Shown here: positions 13,978 to 27,771 of the stretch, one piece after another
How the letters are laid out: each line of letters starts with the position of its first letter
How positions within the stretch are numbered: the stretch's first letter is position 1
Source of the DNA: Eledone cirrhosa
Lineage: Eukaryota
NCBI GenBank assembly: GCA_964016885.1
Contig: OZ024745.1
Coordinates: forward strand, 50,964,001 to 51,028,000
Direction of reading: 5' to 3'
DNA length: 64,000 nucleotides
Program-made: the position numbers and the translations under genes
Notes under the pieces: model-generated
Seen by the model: only the letters and a program-made list of their open reading frames with translations
Told to the model about the DNA's origin: nothing
Database searches by the model: none

Positions 13978-14625
13978 TAATAATTGTTTCTACTTTTGGC
14001 ACAAGGCCAGCAATTACCCAGTGTATTACTGGCACTTTATTTTATCGACGTCGTAAGGATGAAAGGCAAAATTAATCTCGGCGGGATTTGAACTCAGAAC
14101 GTAAAGAGCCATAATTATGCTGCAAAGCATGCTGTCTGACGCTCTACCGATACTGCCAATCAACCGCACTTATTACTTTTAATAATGGTTTCTTATATAG
14201 GCACAAGGCCAGCAATTTTTGGGGGAGGGAAAAGTCGATGAAATTGCCTCCAGTGCGTGACTGGTACTTTATTTTATCGACCCCGTAAGGATGAAAGGAA
14301 AAGTTAACCTCGGCGAGATTTGAACTCAGATCATAAATGGCCGTAACTCTATGCGGCAAAGTATGGCATCCGACCCTCTACCGATACTGACAGTCAACCG
14401 CACTTATTACTTTTAATAATTGTTTCTACTTTTGGCACAAGGTCAGTAATTACCCAGTGTATTACTGGTACTTTATTTTATCGACCCCGTATGGATGAAA
14501 GGCAAAGTTAACCTCGGCGGGATTTGAACTCAGATCATAAAGAGCTGTAACTCTATGCTGCAAAGCATGGTGTCCGATTCTCTAGCGATACTGCCAAACC
14601 ACCGCACTTATTACTTTTAATAATG
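13978..14625 (-). mobile_element. Three head-to-tail copies of the main SINE
   Basis: Units about 13978-14170, 14180-14406 and 14416-14607, each followed by cttattacttttaataat. Confidence 0.9.
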
Positions 14626-15287
14626 TTAATAAATAAATAAAAAAAATCAAAGGCCGGATGTAAATTGTAATGTGTATTAAATGCATTACAATATTTAATT
14701 AAGCTCCTTTATATTCGCTGTTTAAACTAAACCCCACTAATTTAATTTTGCTTGTAATTAATCTCGAGTTATTGAAATGAATATCAATAATGTAGCACAG
14801 TCAATTCGATTATGTCACCTTCCCACATGTGACCTTGTGCTAATGTAGGAAATCCTTAAATTATAAATCTGTTTATTAATTAATTTAAATGCAATATGCA
14901 CAAACACCCACAAGAGCTTAAAAACACCCGTTGTACACGACGAAAACCACCATCAGTAGCAACATCAACAACGATAACTCAGTTAATTTCCTTATATTAA
15001 AACTGTGGATGAAGCAAATATTTTTCAGATTCGTCGACCTATTTTCCAGTTACCTTCTGACATTTTCAACTACTATAATTTGATGACATAATTTACATAT
15101 TTTGCTCGTACGAAACATACACACATACACACGCACATAGACAACATGGCATGTTTATTATAGACGCATACACAAGGACACGCATATTCAGACCCACACA
15201 CGTACATGAATACACACATGCACACACACACAAACAAATACACAAACATATATACATATACATACATATACATACACACACACGCCT

Positions 15288-15367
<80 letters not shown>

Positions 15368-15722
15368 GTATATACACGCACCCAGTCTGCCATATGTTGT
15401 ACCATAACATGTGCTAATAAAAACTTTACTGTATTATTTCGTTTAGCAAATAAAGAAACACTCCTGAATAGTGCGATAGTCACATCAAACTAGCTGACCT
15501 CTTTAAAACCCTAGGGTTGTTAAAATCAGTATTCTGACATATATTTGTTATTTCATCATTGAGTCATTTGGATCATTACCATTAATTTAATTCTTCTTGA
15601 TAGACAATGGTTTTAATGATAGTGTTTCCTCTTTTTTCTTGCTTATTGGAACTCACAACCTTAACAAAAACATGAGTTATTTTTATTTTTAGACATAGAA
15701 ATTGCACCTGAATATTTTCCAT

Positions 15723-15854
15723 GACTAAATACTGGGGTAAGTCAATCCCTGTCTTATTAACTCTTGGACTATGCTTTCTTTATTGACTAAATACTGGCTG
15801 TGGTAATTCAACCCCTGTCTTATTAACTCTTTGACTCTATGCTTTCTTTATTGC
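15723..15854. repeat. About 65-bp tandem duplication
   Basis: gactaaatactgg...ctgtcttattaactct...atgctttctttattg occurs twice. Confidence 0.75.
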
Positions 15855-16518
15855 GATTGTATAAGCTAATCTACCTAGAAACTGAGCTCTTTGTAAAAGG
15901 TTCAATTGAGCAGACGACAGTTAATTGTACAAAAGATCTTGCCTTAAATAAGTGACGATTAAAAAGAAATATCAAAAAACAAAAAGAAAAGTTTTCACCT
16001 CTTCCTTACTACAACCTACCGCCTCTCCATTAATCAATATCCCTAACGATATCTACTATTACCCAATAACCACCACTCTTAACTGTATTTCTCGTAAGTA
16101 TGTGTGCATTTGACTATAAATAGCGTTCTCTCTCACGTTACCTGTGATGTTTTGCCTCTTTCTCAAATCGTGTAATATACAGTAAGTAAATGTCCTATTT
16201 CTTCTAACCACACTCGGTTACTACTTTCCCCTCCTACCAAAACTCTTCTCCCTGTCTATTTTTAATCCTTCCTCCATTCGTGTAACATATACATAAGCGT
16301 AATATTGTAGATGTTATAATGTGTTTCTTCTATAACACAAGTCTTGCAGCCTCCTATTTGCTATCGAATCGGATGGTAGTCAAGTTGGCTAAATCATCAA
16401 TGACTGCAGCTCAGAGTGCTTGGATGCTGGAAGGACTGCATTTGTATAGATTATTCCCGTGATATCCCTACACGACAAAAGTATAGTCTAGAAGGGGGCC
16501 AGAAAATGTTCTTACTGA

Positions 16519-16564
16519 CTAGAACTGATGATTTCCTTCGAATGAAACATTTCTAGTCTTGTAG
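16519..16564 (+). ncRNA. Type I hammerhead ribozyme motif
   Basis: ctagaa-CTGATGA-T-TTC-cttc-GAA-T-GAAAC-atttcta-GTC-ttgtag; related sequence at 23957-23996 (minus) and 10155-10220. Confidence 0.65.
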
Positions 16565-16879
16565 AAGCCATTTTTATATTAAATTTGTTCTATACATTCT
16601 ACTAATACATTGTGTACCTTACTTATTGGGGTTAGCCCCGATTGAACCCGGGATATATATAGATAGATATATAATGCCAAGAGTTTCCGAAGAAATAGAT
16701 CAAGGAAGAAAGCAGTCTAGAGCCAAAATATATTATAAGAATAAGATCTCAACATAAATGCATGCTACGTAAGGTTTCAAACTTCAATCAACATAGGACA
16801 TAAATATCTTATGCCCGCTAGTTTAATTAATTGCAGGAGCTTGTGCAGTAATACGCCAGCTTCAGTATTCAGAAACCAG

Positions 16880-17340
16880 AAGAAGGGAGGTAGGCGTAAA
16901 AACTAAACTCGGTATTTTCAATTCGGTATTCAGCCAACACTTACCTATAGTTGTGAATCTTGGAAAATGACCGAAAGGATACGACAGCGAATAAAAGCAC
17001 CTGAAATGGGGTTTCTTCGAAGGGTCTTTGGAGTAACGTTACTCGTTAGAGCGTGTAACTCGGGGATCAGACAGTCACCCCAGGTAAAGACGCTACTTCT
17101 CCGAAGTGAGGGATTACAGCTCCGATACTATGGGCATGTGTTTAGAATGTTTCAGGAAAAAAGGGCTGGACAGATTTTATGGGCAAAACCAATCGGCAGG
17201 AGACCCAGGGTAAAAGACCCAGAGCAAGATGGCTGGATAACATTCATGAGCTTGGTCTCACTTGGGGACCCAACCGGATCAGTTGGAGACGGTTGCTTCT
17301 GACAGGACCCGCTGGAAGGAGCGTTTAAGGACCCTCAGGA
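16880..17340 (+). mobile_element. RTE-clade LINE 3' fragment
   Basis: EMGFLRRVFGVT...QLRYYGHVFRM...GRRPR, typical RTE post-RT region. Confidence 0.8.
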
Positions 17341-18832
17341 ATAGGGGGGCAAGAAGATATATATATATATACACACATATATATACATACAAATATATAT
17401 ATACATACACACACACACGCACACACATATATATATATATATATATTTGCATATATATATATACTGACACATATTCATCGTCTGTGTGTGAAATACATCT
17501 GCTGTCCTCAGACGCCCTATTTTATATTATACGGATCGTGTATATTTATTTATTTAAGCATAAAATGTAGTACTTTAAGGAAAGCGAAAGGTTTCTAGTA
17601 CGATTAACATTTATATTGTATTTACATAAATGATTCTTTAAATCTCGTACAGCTACATTACTGCAGTATTCTGGTGCTCACTTCATGCTATGCTTTCCTT
17701 ACAGACGTCAACTGCCCCTTTTCCCAAGACTTGAATGTAAAAAAAAAAAGACATTAAAAAAACATCTTGATATTTTAAGTCCATCTAGAGGAATTTATTT
17801 TACCACACTCCGTTTCTCGGTTAAAATTTTGTCCACTTCGCATTTACATTTTTTGGGGGTTTTTTTTCCGGCGCTGCTTTGTCTCGAAGTCCATTCTTTC
17901 AGCGCATGCCGAGAAGTTAATCGAAAGTCATTGACAAGCAGCTGAGAGATCAGCAAATCAATTTCTGTTATCAGAAACGCATTGTATGTATCACTAAAAC
18001 ACTTAAAATTCAAAATTATTGTCCATCCTGACATGTCAGGGGATAGGGGATATCTTTTGTAATTAACCAAGAAGATGTAAAAATTGTTGATAGCTTAATT
18101 TCCTGTGAATATAGTTTGGAGAGGAGCACACGAAACTATGCTCTGTGTTTATTACATGAAGACGAATTTCAGACTGAATTTTCTTTAGAATTCACCTTAC
18201 CTTTAATATTACAGATATGATAAAGATTGTTGTGATTCCATCTAGAATAAAGATTCTCGACGGGGGCATTTCGTAGCCCAAGGCAGGCGTTATGCAGTAA
18301 GGGGGCGTTTGAAGCTTTGAGGACGCTAGAAGCCCTTTTAGTTTGGTAAGTTTTATAAGTCATATTTGTACGTCTCTTAGACAGTCAGTGATTTGAATGA
18401 AGAAAACAAAGAAAATAAATTAAAGAAGCTTGTCAACGAATTCCCTAGGGAGATTAAAGAAAATCAAAAGAAATCAAAGAGAATAAAAGTAAGGACTACT
18501 TCAACAGAAATGACAAGAAGCAATGGTGGTGAACATACACACACATACATACATACATACATACATACACACACATATATATATATACACACACAGGCCG
18601 GCGTTAGTGTTTGATGAAGTTGAGAACCTGGTCAGCTTTCAGCCAGAAGTGTGGTATTTAAACTCCCTAGGTAATAAAATCTGGCGAGAAAAATTTTCTC
18701 CTTACCAAAGAAAGAAGACATAGATCATATCAACATCCTTACACACTTAAATATAAATGCATGTATATATACAAATGTATAAATGGATAGCTATATACAT
18801 ACGTAAATGTATGTATACATGTATGTATGTAG

Positions 18833-18892
<60 letters not shown>

Positions 18893-19037
18893 CTACATAC
18901 ATATATATATATAAATAAATATACATACATACACACATATATATATATATATATATAAATCTACATACATACATATATTTATATATATATATATAAGTCT
19001 GCATACGTACATACATATATGTATACAGACGCACAAA

Positions 19038-19153
19038 TGAGCAACGATGGTTGCTGGACACTACGGCTTAATACGGGATGTTTGTTTACAAACACACCGA
19101 GCATTATAATAAATGCTCGGTGAATCCATACGTACATATATATATATGTGTGC

Positions 19154-19232
<79 letters not shown>

Positions 19233-19758
19233 TACTACTGTGCGTCTGTATACATATATGTATGTACGTATACATACTTATATTTAAGTAACAGCCGTAC
19301 TAAGAGTGGGAAATGAAATTTCATTTCATTTTTTTCCGTTTATCGTTTTCGGTGCACCCGCCCGATTAACCCACTCGATATGCAAATTGGGCTACTCAGC
19401 CGTTAATATGCATAAGGTAAGTATATACGTTCAACAATTGGCAGGAGGTATACGTTGCTGACGATAGCTAATAAGCTTGAAACTAGTACAGCGTTCCTTT
19501 GTCAGTGTTGAACAAACGAGCAACGATGGATGCTGGACACTACGGCTTAATACGGGATGTTTGTTTACAAACACACCGAGCATTATAATAAATGTTCGGT
19601 GAATCCATACGTACATATATATATGTACATGTATGTATATATATATATATGCATACTACTGTGCGTCTGTACACATATATGTATGTACGTATACATACTT
19701 ATATTTAAGTAACAGCCGTACTAAGAGTGGGAAATGAAATTTCGTTTCATTTTTTTCC

Positions 19759-19762
<4 letters not shown>
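19038..19762. repeat. Duplicated about 250-300 bp unit with internal hairpin, embedded in microsatellites
   Basis: gagcaacgatgg...caccgagcattataataaatgctcggtg...ccgtactaagagtgggaaatg at about 19038-19340 and 19518-19762. Confidence 0.8.
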
Positions 19763-19851
<89 letters not shown>

Positions 19852-19894
19852 CATATAAATCTACATACATACATATATATAAATCTTCATACAT

Positions 19895-20506
19895 ACATGG
19901 TGGCTGCCAACTCGTTTTCGAGTACGGCCACTACTTTATATCCATGTAGGAGAACTTTACCGATGCGCTAAACACGTGTGACTTTTTAGTCCAGCCAGCG
20001 ACTTGAAAACTCTGGTACAAACACTACACCTGTGACAATTATTGACACATAGTGCTGGGCCCATGGCACCATGTGACGACAAGTGCAGAGAGATCTCCAG
20101 ATATAAAGCAATGCCTGTGTTGTGAAGATTTTATAGTGAGCAAAGGCACTGGACAAAGCCAGTCCCACTCTCTTAACCAAGACGATATTTACCAAAAAGA
20201 ATAACAAGTCAACATCATTGGATACCATCAGGGTTGCAGGTGTTATATCAGTGTTTTCCTTCTCCTAGAATTCTGCCTTGACAAAGGCTAAGGGATCATC
20301 TCTCCCAGTGATTTTGGATGGCCATTGACTCTTAAGAGCTCCTTTGCCCTTTGACAGGTTTTGTTTTTAGTCCTGCAGGATGTCCAAAGTCACCCTCCTC
20401 ACCAAGAAACTTTGGTGGGGTTGTCAGTTTAGTCGCCAACGACCCAACCATGAGACAGGTTGTACTGGGATACATGTTACCAGTAGCACCAACTGGTGAC
20501 CTGACA
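19895..20506 (-). mobile_element. Bipartite RTE-derived non-autonomous retroelement with (ATGT)n tail
   Basis: Homologous to 40420-40968 and 44102-44390; RTE-like 5' UTR (ctaggagaaggaaaac) joined to a C2H2 zinc-finger-coding 3' end. Confidence 0.7.
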
Positions 20507-20661
20507 TAAACATACATACATACATACATATAATCATACATACATTTACGTATGTATATAGCTATGCCTTTATACATTTGTATATGTATATACATGCATT
20601 TATATTTAAATGTGTAAGGTTATATATATATATATATGTGTGTGTATAATATATATATTAT

Positions 20662-20710
<49 letters not shown>

Positions 20711-20714
<4 letters not shown>

Positions 20715-20960
20715 GTGTGACAAGAAGCTTGTTTCCCAACCACATATTTCCGGGTTCAGTCCCACTGCCCGAGCCGACCAAAGCCCTGTGAGTGGATTTG
20801 ATAGATCGAAACTTAAAGAAGCCCGTCCTTTATATGTATATATGTCTTTGTGTGTCTTCGCGTTTGTGTTTGCCCTCCCACCAATGCTTGTTGGTTGGTT
20901 GACGTCCCCATAACTTACCAAGGTGATGCTCCAGCATGGGCGTAGTCCAGAGACAGAAAA
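20711..20960 (+). mobile_element. Second SINE family (tRNA-like head)
   Basis: B-box-like gggttcagtccc; body gccgaccaaagccctgtgagtggatttg...aagaagcccgtc. Confidence 0.55.
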
Positions 20961-21104
20961 AAAGTAAAATATATATATGTGTGTGTGTCTGTGTGTAGAA
21001 GAGGGGTCTCAAACTCAAGGACACAAAAGGGCTATTACGTCGTGGAGGAGAGGCACAGTGGGCCAAACGTGGTGGTGGGTGAAAACTTTCACCAGTTATA
21101 ATCA

Positions 21105-21315
21105 TTTCTACTATAGGAACAAGGCATGAAATTTGGGGTTTAGGGTTCAGTCGATTGCATCGATCCTAGTACACAACTGGTACTTAATTCATCGACCCCA
21201 AAAGGAGTAAGGCAAAGTTGAGATCGGCGGAATTTGAACTCAGAACGTAAAAACGGAAGAAGTACCGTTAAGCATTTCGCCAGATGTGTTAACGATTCCA
21301 CCAGCTCGCCGCCTT
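21105..21315 (-). mobile_element. Older subfamily copy of the main SINE
   Basis: ctggtacttaattcatcgacccc...gaatttgaactcagaac core. Confidence 0.75.
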
Positions 21316-21646
21316 ATTTTCACCAGTTATAATGCGATATGAAATATTGGTTCTACCATGGGCCACATATAAGTAGTTCGCGGGCCGGAGATAAATAGAC
21401 GTGTACCAAACATACACACATTTCTTACTCTCTCTGTCCCTCCCTCTTTCTCTCTTCATTTATATACATATATATATATATTGCCAGGTCAAAGGCCACA
21501 CCTCTTTTCAGCAACGCCAAATAACAACGCTCCACACACGTTGATGTTGTTGAAAAGAGCTGTGGCTTTTGACCTGGCAATAAAAAACTAGACAAAATTC
21601 TTTCTGTACCAAGGCACACACACACACAAGTTTGTGTGTGTGTATG

Positions 21647-21681
<35 letters not shown>

Positions 21682-21959
21682 CTATCTATGTTTATATATA
21701 AGGGATAAAAATATTGCTTTCTCAGTCACCAAGCTTCTCAATTCATTCCTTATTACTTATTTTGCTACGAGGTATATTATTTTGCAAGGTACTATTTTTT
21801 CCCTGAGTTTGTGATTTCAGAGAAAGGTAAGAAATTCTTCATATTTTGCATCTTTTGTATTTTGACTTTGCAGTTTCAATTGTCTATCCACACAAAATAT
21901 TACAACAGCTAACAGTGAAATATAGAATAAAAAAAAAAGAAGCTTTTTCGACTGAGATC

Positions 21960-22198
21960 AAATGTTTTTTTTTATTTCAAAAATATATAATTTGAAATAG
22001 CTTGCTTTTGTTTTGGACTGAAACTTTTTTGTATTTAATTCGTACGAGTATTTTTTAAAGAATCTAAGATAACTTGATTTGGCCCAGTAATCTACTGATA
22101 TCAAAATATTGAAAAATGGAAAAATAGGGTAGGGGGGCGTTTCGTCATTTCGAGGGGCAAAAGGGGGCGTTTGGCCAAAATGGGTTAAGAACCTTTGA
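21960..22198 (-). mobile_element. Terminal fragment of the Charlie/Buster hAT family
   Basis: TIR caaaggttcttaac next to tctaga target; homologous to 27772-27900. Confidence 0.7.
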
Positions 22199-22548
22199 TC
22201 TAGAATACCAAATTGATTCAAGATGTTTCTAGTTATCTGTCTTCCTGATTTGTCATTAGTGTTATAGTTTTGATGTTTCCCTCCAGATTAGCCCTGATCG
22301 TGCAGGCCTATGATTTCAACTGTGATCACATTGAGTTTTTGTAGTATCTAAGATTATGTTATTTAATGTTCTTATCATTTCTGTCCAAAAGCCTTATACG
22401 TCATGTTGAGTAAAACGAGAAGTTGAGACATATCTGATTTTTTTATGTGTTGTAAACGAAGGAGAATGCAATATGATTGAATTAATTTCGCTTGAGAATC
22501 GACACCAGAGACAATGATCTCCATCAGGGGGATATTATTTGGCACCCG

Positions 22549-22741
22549 GGCGGTGGATTGGCAGTATCGGTAGAGGGTCGGACGCCATGCTTTGCAGCAA
22601 AGAGTTACGGCCCTTTGTGGACTGAGTTCAAATCCCGCCGAGGTTAACTTTGCTTTTCAGCCTTACGGGGTCGATAAAATAAAGTACCAGTAATACACTG
22701 GGATAATTGCTGGCCTTATGCCAAAAGTAGAAACAATTATT
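22549..22741 (+). mobile_element. tRNA-derived SINE (main family)
   Basis: Full consensus match. Confidence 0.9.
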
Positions 22742-23495
22742 ATAAAAGCTACAAAATTGTATAATTTTCTCAAGAATATTAGAGGCAATAATGAATGGGA
22801 TTTCCCTGCAATTTGGAAATTAAAACAGATTCAGAAATTCACATATTCCATTCTATAGCACTTTACAAACCATTTTACTTTAACATTTGTTTCTATTTTA
22901 AGTATAAACACATGTATTGAGAAATATGTATCAAATTACGGAGTACAGTGTATTAAAGGTTTATCATATCCATCTCCAACAGAGATGAAAAGCAAAATCC
23001 TTTCATTTATTGAAACTATTTAGAATCTCCCTTACAATGGTTCTATTTTCTCAAATGAAATTGAATCAAGTATTTCTCCCAGTTCAAGTACCATTCTATT
23101 GCATTCTATTTCTATGTCAAGGACCGAAACATGAATCCTTTCCTGATATTTTTAGTAAATGTAGAGTAATGTTTCTCCGATTAACTATCGTTCCTTGCCT
23201 TTTTGCCTGACTGTCATTAGTTTATTTCATTCATCTCATATACATTAATTGTCTTTAGAGATTCGTGCTACATTTTGGGATAAGGCAACCATTTTGTAAT
23301 TTCCTTCTTTTCACGACTTTGGGGAGTTGAACCACGAGTAAATACGAAGTATTTCAATACAAAAATATTCTAATGAATCTAACGGTTAACAAATATACAT
23401 ATGATTATTTCTTAACTAGTTGCAGATGTATCTAAAACTTACCTTCATTTCTTTATATGAACTATGAATATATACGTATGTATAGGAAGTCGATG

Positions 23496-23526
<31 letters not shown>

Positions 23527-23587
23527 ATTCGTACACATTTGAATGTTTGTATAGGCATGTACTTGTGCTTACACGTAAGTCTATGCA

Positions 23588-23628
<41 letters not shown>

Positions 23629-23956
23629 TTATATATATATACATACGCACACACACATATATATATATGACTGAGGTTGTATATTGAAGCATATACGTAG
23701 TATTCATGCAAAGAAATATTTTTATAGCCTCGGTTTGAAATTTTAGAAGTGGTGATTAACCACCAGTGGCAGTGGTTCTTAGCAACCAAACAAGAGAGAG
23801 CACTCTAACGGCGCCACTTCTGGTTCCTTAACCGCTATTAGAGAAGCTAATTCCTTCTTGGAAGCTGAAACGAAAATAAGTTAAAATCTCATAGGTGTTA
23901 TGCTTATCAACATCGGCTGACGAAGCTCATTTCTATATTGCATATAGAAATGACTT

Positions 23957-23996
23957 CTACATGACTAGAACTGTTTCATTCGTAAGAAATCATCAG
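23957..23996 (-). ncRNA. Hammerhead core (5' strand of helix I lost), next to a small hairpin at 23925-23953
   Basis: CTGATGA-T-TTC-ttac-GAA-T-GAAAC-agttcta-GTC-atgtag. Confidence 0.55.
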
Positions 23997-24539
23997 GAAT
24001 TTCAAATAAAGTTGGTGTCTATTAGGCGGTAGAAGGGTTAATGGGGGTAAGAATAGAAGTGAGAAAAAGAATCTCAACCTTTTGCTTTAGGTTTTGTACC
24101 CATTTGAACTGCGACCATACACCAGTTAATGTGCTAAGTCTTATGAATTCAGTATCTTAATTGAAATTTAATTTGACAGAGGGACGTTGACAAAAAAGTT
24201 TGCGCCCAAAGCGGGCGCAGGCTGAAAACAGGTTGGGAAACCCTGGTCTAGCCTTACGAATATGCCAAAAATAATATTGAAGTAATAATAATAAAAACGC
24301 AATTTCAGAATGAAAATAGCCAGAATGTAATCATTAGGGCAATTGTTTGCTAAAAAGTATAAAATGAAAGTTTAATATGGCCTAAAAATGGCACTTTATT
24401 GTTTTATTGGAAAAGGTAAGAAATAATCCCTATTTTTATTTTACAATAATGATTCAAGTTATGGATGGTATCCTGCATGAAATCGTTGCACGAGAAAACC
24501 TCTTTTACTACTATCAGTTGCTGCCAGGTAAACGGTCAA

Positions 24540-24850
24540 AGTATGTGAAATAAGAAATATGATTTATCCCAATTGTTTTCATGTAAAGTGTTGCGCATCT
24601 CCTTCATAATTGCACCCTGGGTGTTACAGCTTTCTATGAAGACATGGGTGACCTCTTTGTGTTTGTAAAAGCTTCAACAGTAAAAGATCTCACTAGAACG
24701 GCTCTTTTCAAAGATGCCAGATTACTTTCTGAGCCAATAGTCATCTGCTGGGGTAGTTGGATCGAAGCAGCTGTATATTATGCCAAGAATGTATCCTGCG
24801 TTCGTGAGATAATTAATGGTATCGATGAAGGAGGAATTCTCGAAACTCAT
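24540..24850 (+). pseudogene. hAT-like (CGGBP1-related) transposase remnant
   Basis: CVAHLLHNC...EPIVICWGSWIEAAVYYA resembles the C..H and TRW motifs. Confidence 0.55.
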
Positions 24851-26087
24851 CAATATGGACTACAGTTTCTTGTTTAAGTATAGTATATTCTGTTCCGGGA
24901 TGAGCTAGTAAAAGACAATTCTTTTGATTTTACACGATTTAAATAATTTTTCTACAGGGTTTGGATATATTCTACTTACAACAATCTTTACTCAGCATAG
25001 AAAAATCTAATGTGAAAGAAGTTTGACACTAGATACGTGTAGTTCATACGTTACAACTTATGTACAGTTTACTACTTAAAAATGCTGAAAGGTTTTCACT
25101 GGGTTCTTTCAGACTTTGTATATATCAAATACAATTTCAGATCTGCTTGCAACACCATTTCCTACGATATCTATTTCACTTTTCTCACTAAACTAGTCTG
25201 TGCTATTTCGTCAGGTAAATTAGGTATAGCGGTATACATTACTAGAATTATTGGCATTTGTATACTTCAAATGGAAACAGCCTTTAGACTGTGCACTAAA
25301 TATATACATTAAATAAAATAAACAATCCTTATAGCTATTTTAACTGCAGTATTGAATAAATGTGGAGGGAAACGAAAGGTCCAAAAATTACAGCAATTTC
25401 TAGCATTCATGATTATAGTAATGCTTCTTTCAAAATCGTGTATTATACTCCTTTAATCATACTTTCATGTGTTTATATATTATAAATGTCACGCATACTT
25501 TTCAGGAGTAACATACTTTTAACGAAATTGTCGCTTAAAGTATCACAGTTATAAGAGTAGAAGATAAAATTTGAAATTTAACGACACAACAATCACGTTC
25601 ATTTAAGAACAGGAAGTTTTTTTAGAAAGTTAAATTTATATTAATATTCACAATGAATTTCTTTCATTTAAATAAATATGTTTAGTAAATCAATGACATC
25701 CGTATACCAAAATATTGACACAGCCTACTGTCCACTTCAAAATACGTTGTACGTTGTCTAATAATTTGTATTCTGATGTCCTTATATTTTGTTGGTTGTG
25801 CAGCAGTATATAATGTAATAAAGCAATATATTATTTTACGATTTATTTTATTTACTAGCGGCAATGAAGACCAACACAACATATCACGATGCAAAACATA
25901 GATAAATATGTTATGTTATATTGAATTGATTTAAGGAAACCACGATCCTGATGGGCTGTTGATTCCTGAGTCGGGTTGGATAGATACGGATCGTACATTG
26001 AGCTGATCAATCGCGAATCACGCGTCACACCTGAATAAGTTGAATAATGATATTTGGCACCTCGATCCTACTCATTCTATATATAAG

Positions 26088-26477
26088 GGCGGTGGATTGG
26101 CAGTATCGGTAGAGGGTCGGACGCCATGCTTTGATGCATAGAGTTACGGCCCTTGCTATTCTGAGTTCAAATCCCGCCGAGGTTAACTTTGCCTTTCATC
26201 CTTACGGGGTCGATAAAATAAAGTACCAGTAATGTACTGGGTAATTTCTGGCCTTGTGCCAATAGTAGAAACAATTATATATATATATAAGGGCGGTGGA
26301 TTGGCAGTATCGGTAGAGGGTTGGGCGCCATGCTTTTCAGCATAGTTACGTCCCTTTACGATCTGAGTTCAAATCCCGCCGAGGTTGACTTTGCCTTTCA
26401 TCCTTACGAGGTCGATAAAATAAAGTACCAGTAATGAACTGGGTAATTGCTGGCCTTGTGCCTAAAGTAGAAACAAT

Positions 26478-26480
<3 letters not shown>
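26088..26480 (+). mobile_element. Two tandem copies of the main SINE
   Basis: 26088-26278 and 26291-26480, each preceded by tatatataag. Confidence 0.9.
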
Positions 26481-26527
<47 letters not shown>

Positions 26528-26532
<5 letters not shown>

Positions 26533-26752
26533 AGTAAAATGACAGGCGGCTGGACTGGTGAAATTCCTTAAAGATTTATTATAAACACTATGCACATTTC
26601 AATAACCGGGTTCTATATGAACCCGGTGACATCATCAGGTGATGATGATGTCACAGGGTTCATATAGAACCCGGTCATTGAAATGTGCATAGTGTTTATA
26701 ATAAATCTTTAAGGAATTTCACCAGTCGAGCTTCCTGTCATTTTACTCAATA
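26528..26752. repeat. About 110-bp-arm fold-back palindrome abutting (TA)n
   Basis: tattgagtaaaatgacagg...catcatc aggt gatgatgatg...cctgtcattttactcaata. Confidence 0.9.
26586..26641 (-). ncRNA. Type I hammerhead ribozyme motif in palindrome arm
   Basis: cac-CTGATGA-tgtc-ACCGGGTTC-atata-GAACCCGGT-tatt-GAAA-TGTGCAT-A-gtg. Confidence 0.75.
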
Positions 26753-26989
26753 ATAATTAACTCCGTTCTCGCACCACCAACAAGATTCAACATAAACGAA
26801 GATGGATGAGTTGCATTACGTCAAGTGCTTTTCCTAATGTTACATCACGGTTGACTATACGGAATGACCAGTTCTATCCAGTGGTGAACCAACAAACCTA
26901 AATGAATATATATATATATATATATATCTATATTTTTCTCCCCAAACTACCAAAACACATATCTATTTGTATATGCGCTACAATACGTG

Positions 26990-27330
26990 TACAGTACGTG
27001 TTATATAGAGATAGATATAGATATAAAGAGGAGGAGTGTTTGGTGGTAATTGATATAGAGAGGAAGGTCGGGAGAGTGTGTTGTATATTCGATAGAGAGT
27101 GGGAGAGATTGATGTTTATTGATATAGAGAGGGAGATTGGAAGAGAATTCCGTGTAGTAGATATAGGGAGGGGGAGAGTTTGGTTTTAATTGATATAGAG
27201 AGGGGCATTAAAAGAGAGTTCTGTGTATTAGATATAGAGAAAGCGAGAGTTTGGTGTTAGTTGATATTGAGAGGGGGATTAGAAGAGAGTTATGTGTAAT
27301 AGACATAGAGAGGAGGAGAGTTTGGTGGCA
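26990..27330. repeat. Degenerate purine-rich tandem array (gatatagagagggg...), about 30/64-bp period
   Basis: Repeating gatatagagaggg; homologous array at 57610-58330. Confidence 0.8.
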
Positions 27331-27694
27331 CTCACGGGTCCCAAATAATAGGAGGGGTGGGTGCGGGATTGGGAAATCAACATGCAGGGTTGGATATTTG
27401 CTTAAATTCTTATAATTGGGGAGAAGGGGAATCGGTAATTCTTAAATATGGTATTTCTTGAAATGTTCTTCTTTTGTTATATATAATGTTTTTTTTAATG
27501 TAAAATATAATTATTAGATTCTCCAGCTGCTGTATCAATATGAATCACTTACAGTAAAGTTTCGCCAGAGATAGATTAGTAAAATTCAATAAGCGAGTGA
27601 GGGGAGGGGTGGAATAAAAACCGATGGGAGGGAGATCTGACAAATTAATAAGCGGGGTGTGGGGGTGTGGATGATTATTCCAGACCTGAGAGTA
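27330..27694. mobile_element. MITE-like element
   Basis: Ends cactcacgggtcccaaataat and attattccagacctgagagta; homologs at 39088-39407 and 58377-58760. Confidence 0.6.
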
Positions 27695-27771
27695 CGTAAA
27701 TTATTGAAAACTCAATACCGAAGTAGAGCTTAAATATTCATTTATTATGGCTATGCCTTGTTGCTCTAGAG

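Noticed and set aside
15870-16500. Possible PLE GIY-YIG C-terminus upstream of the 16519 hammerhead
   Set aside because: Only a weak LE...LN pattern; no convincing motif
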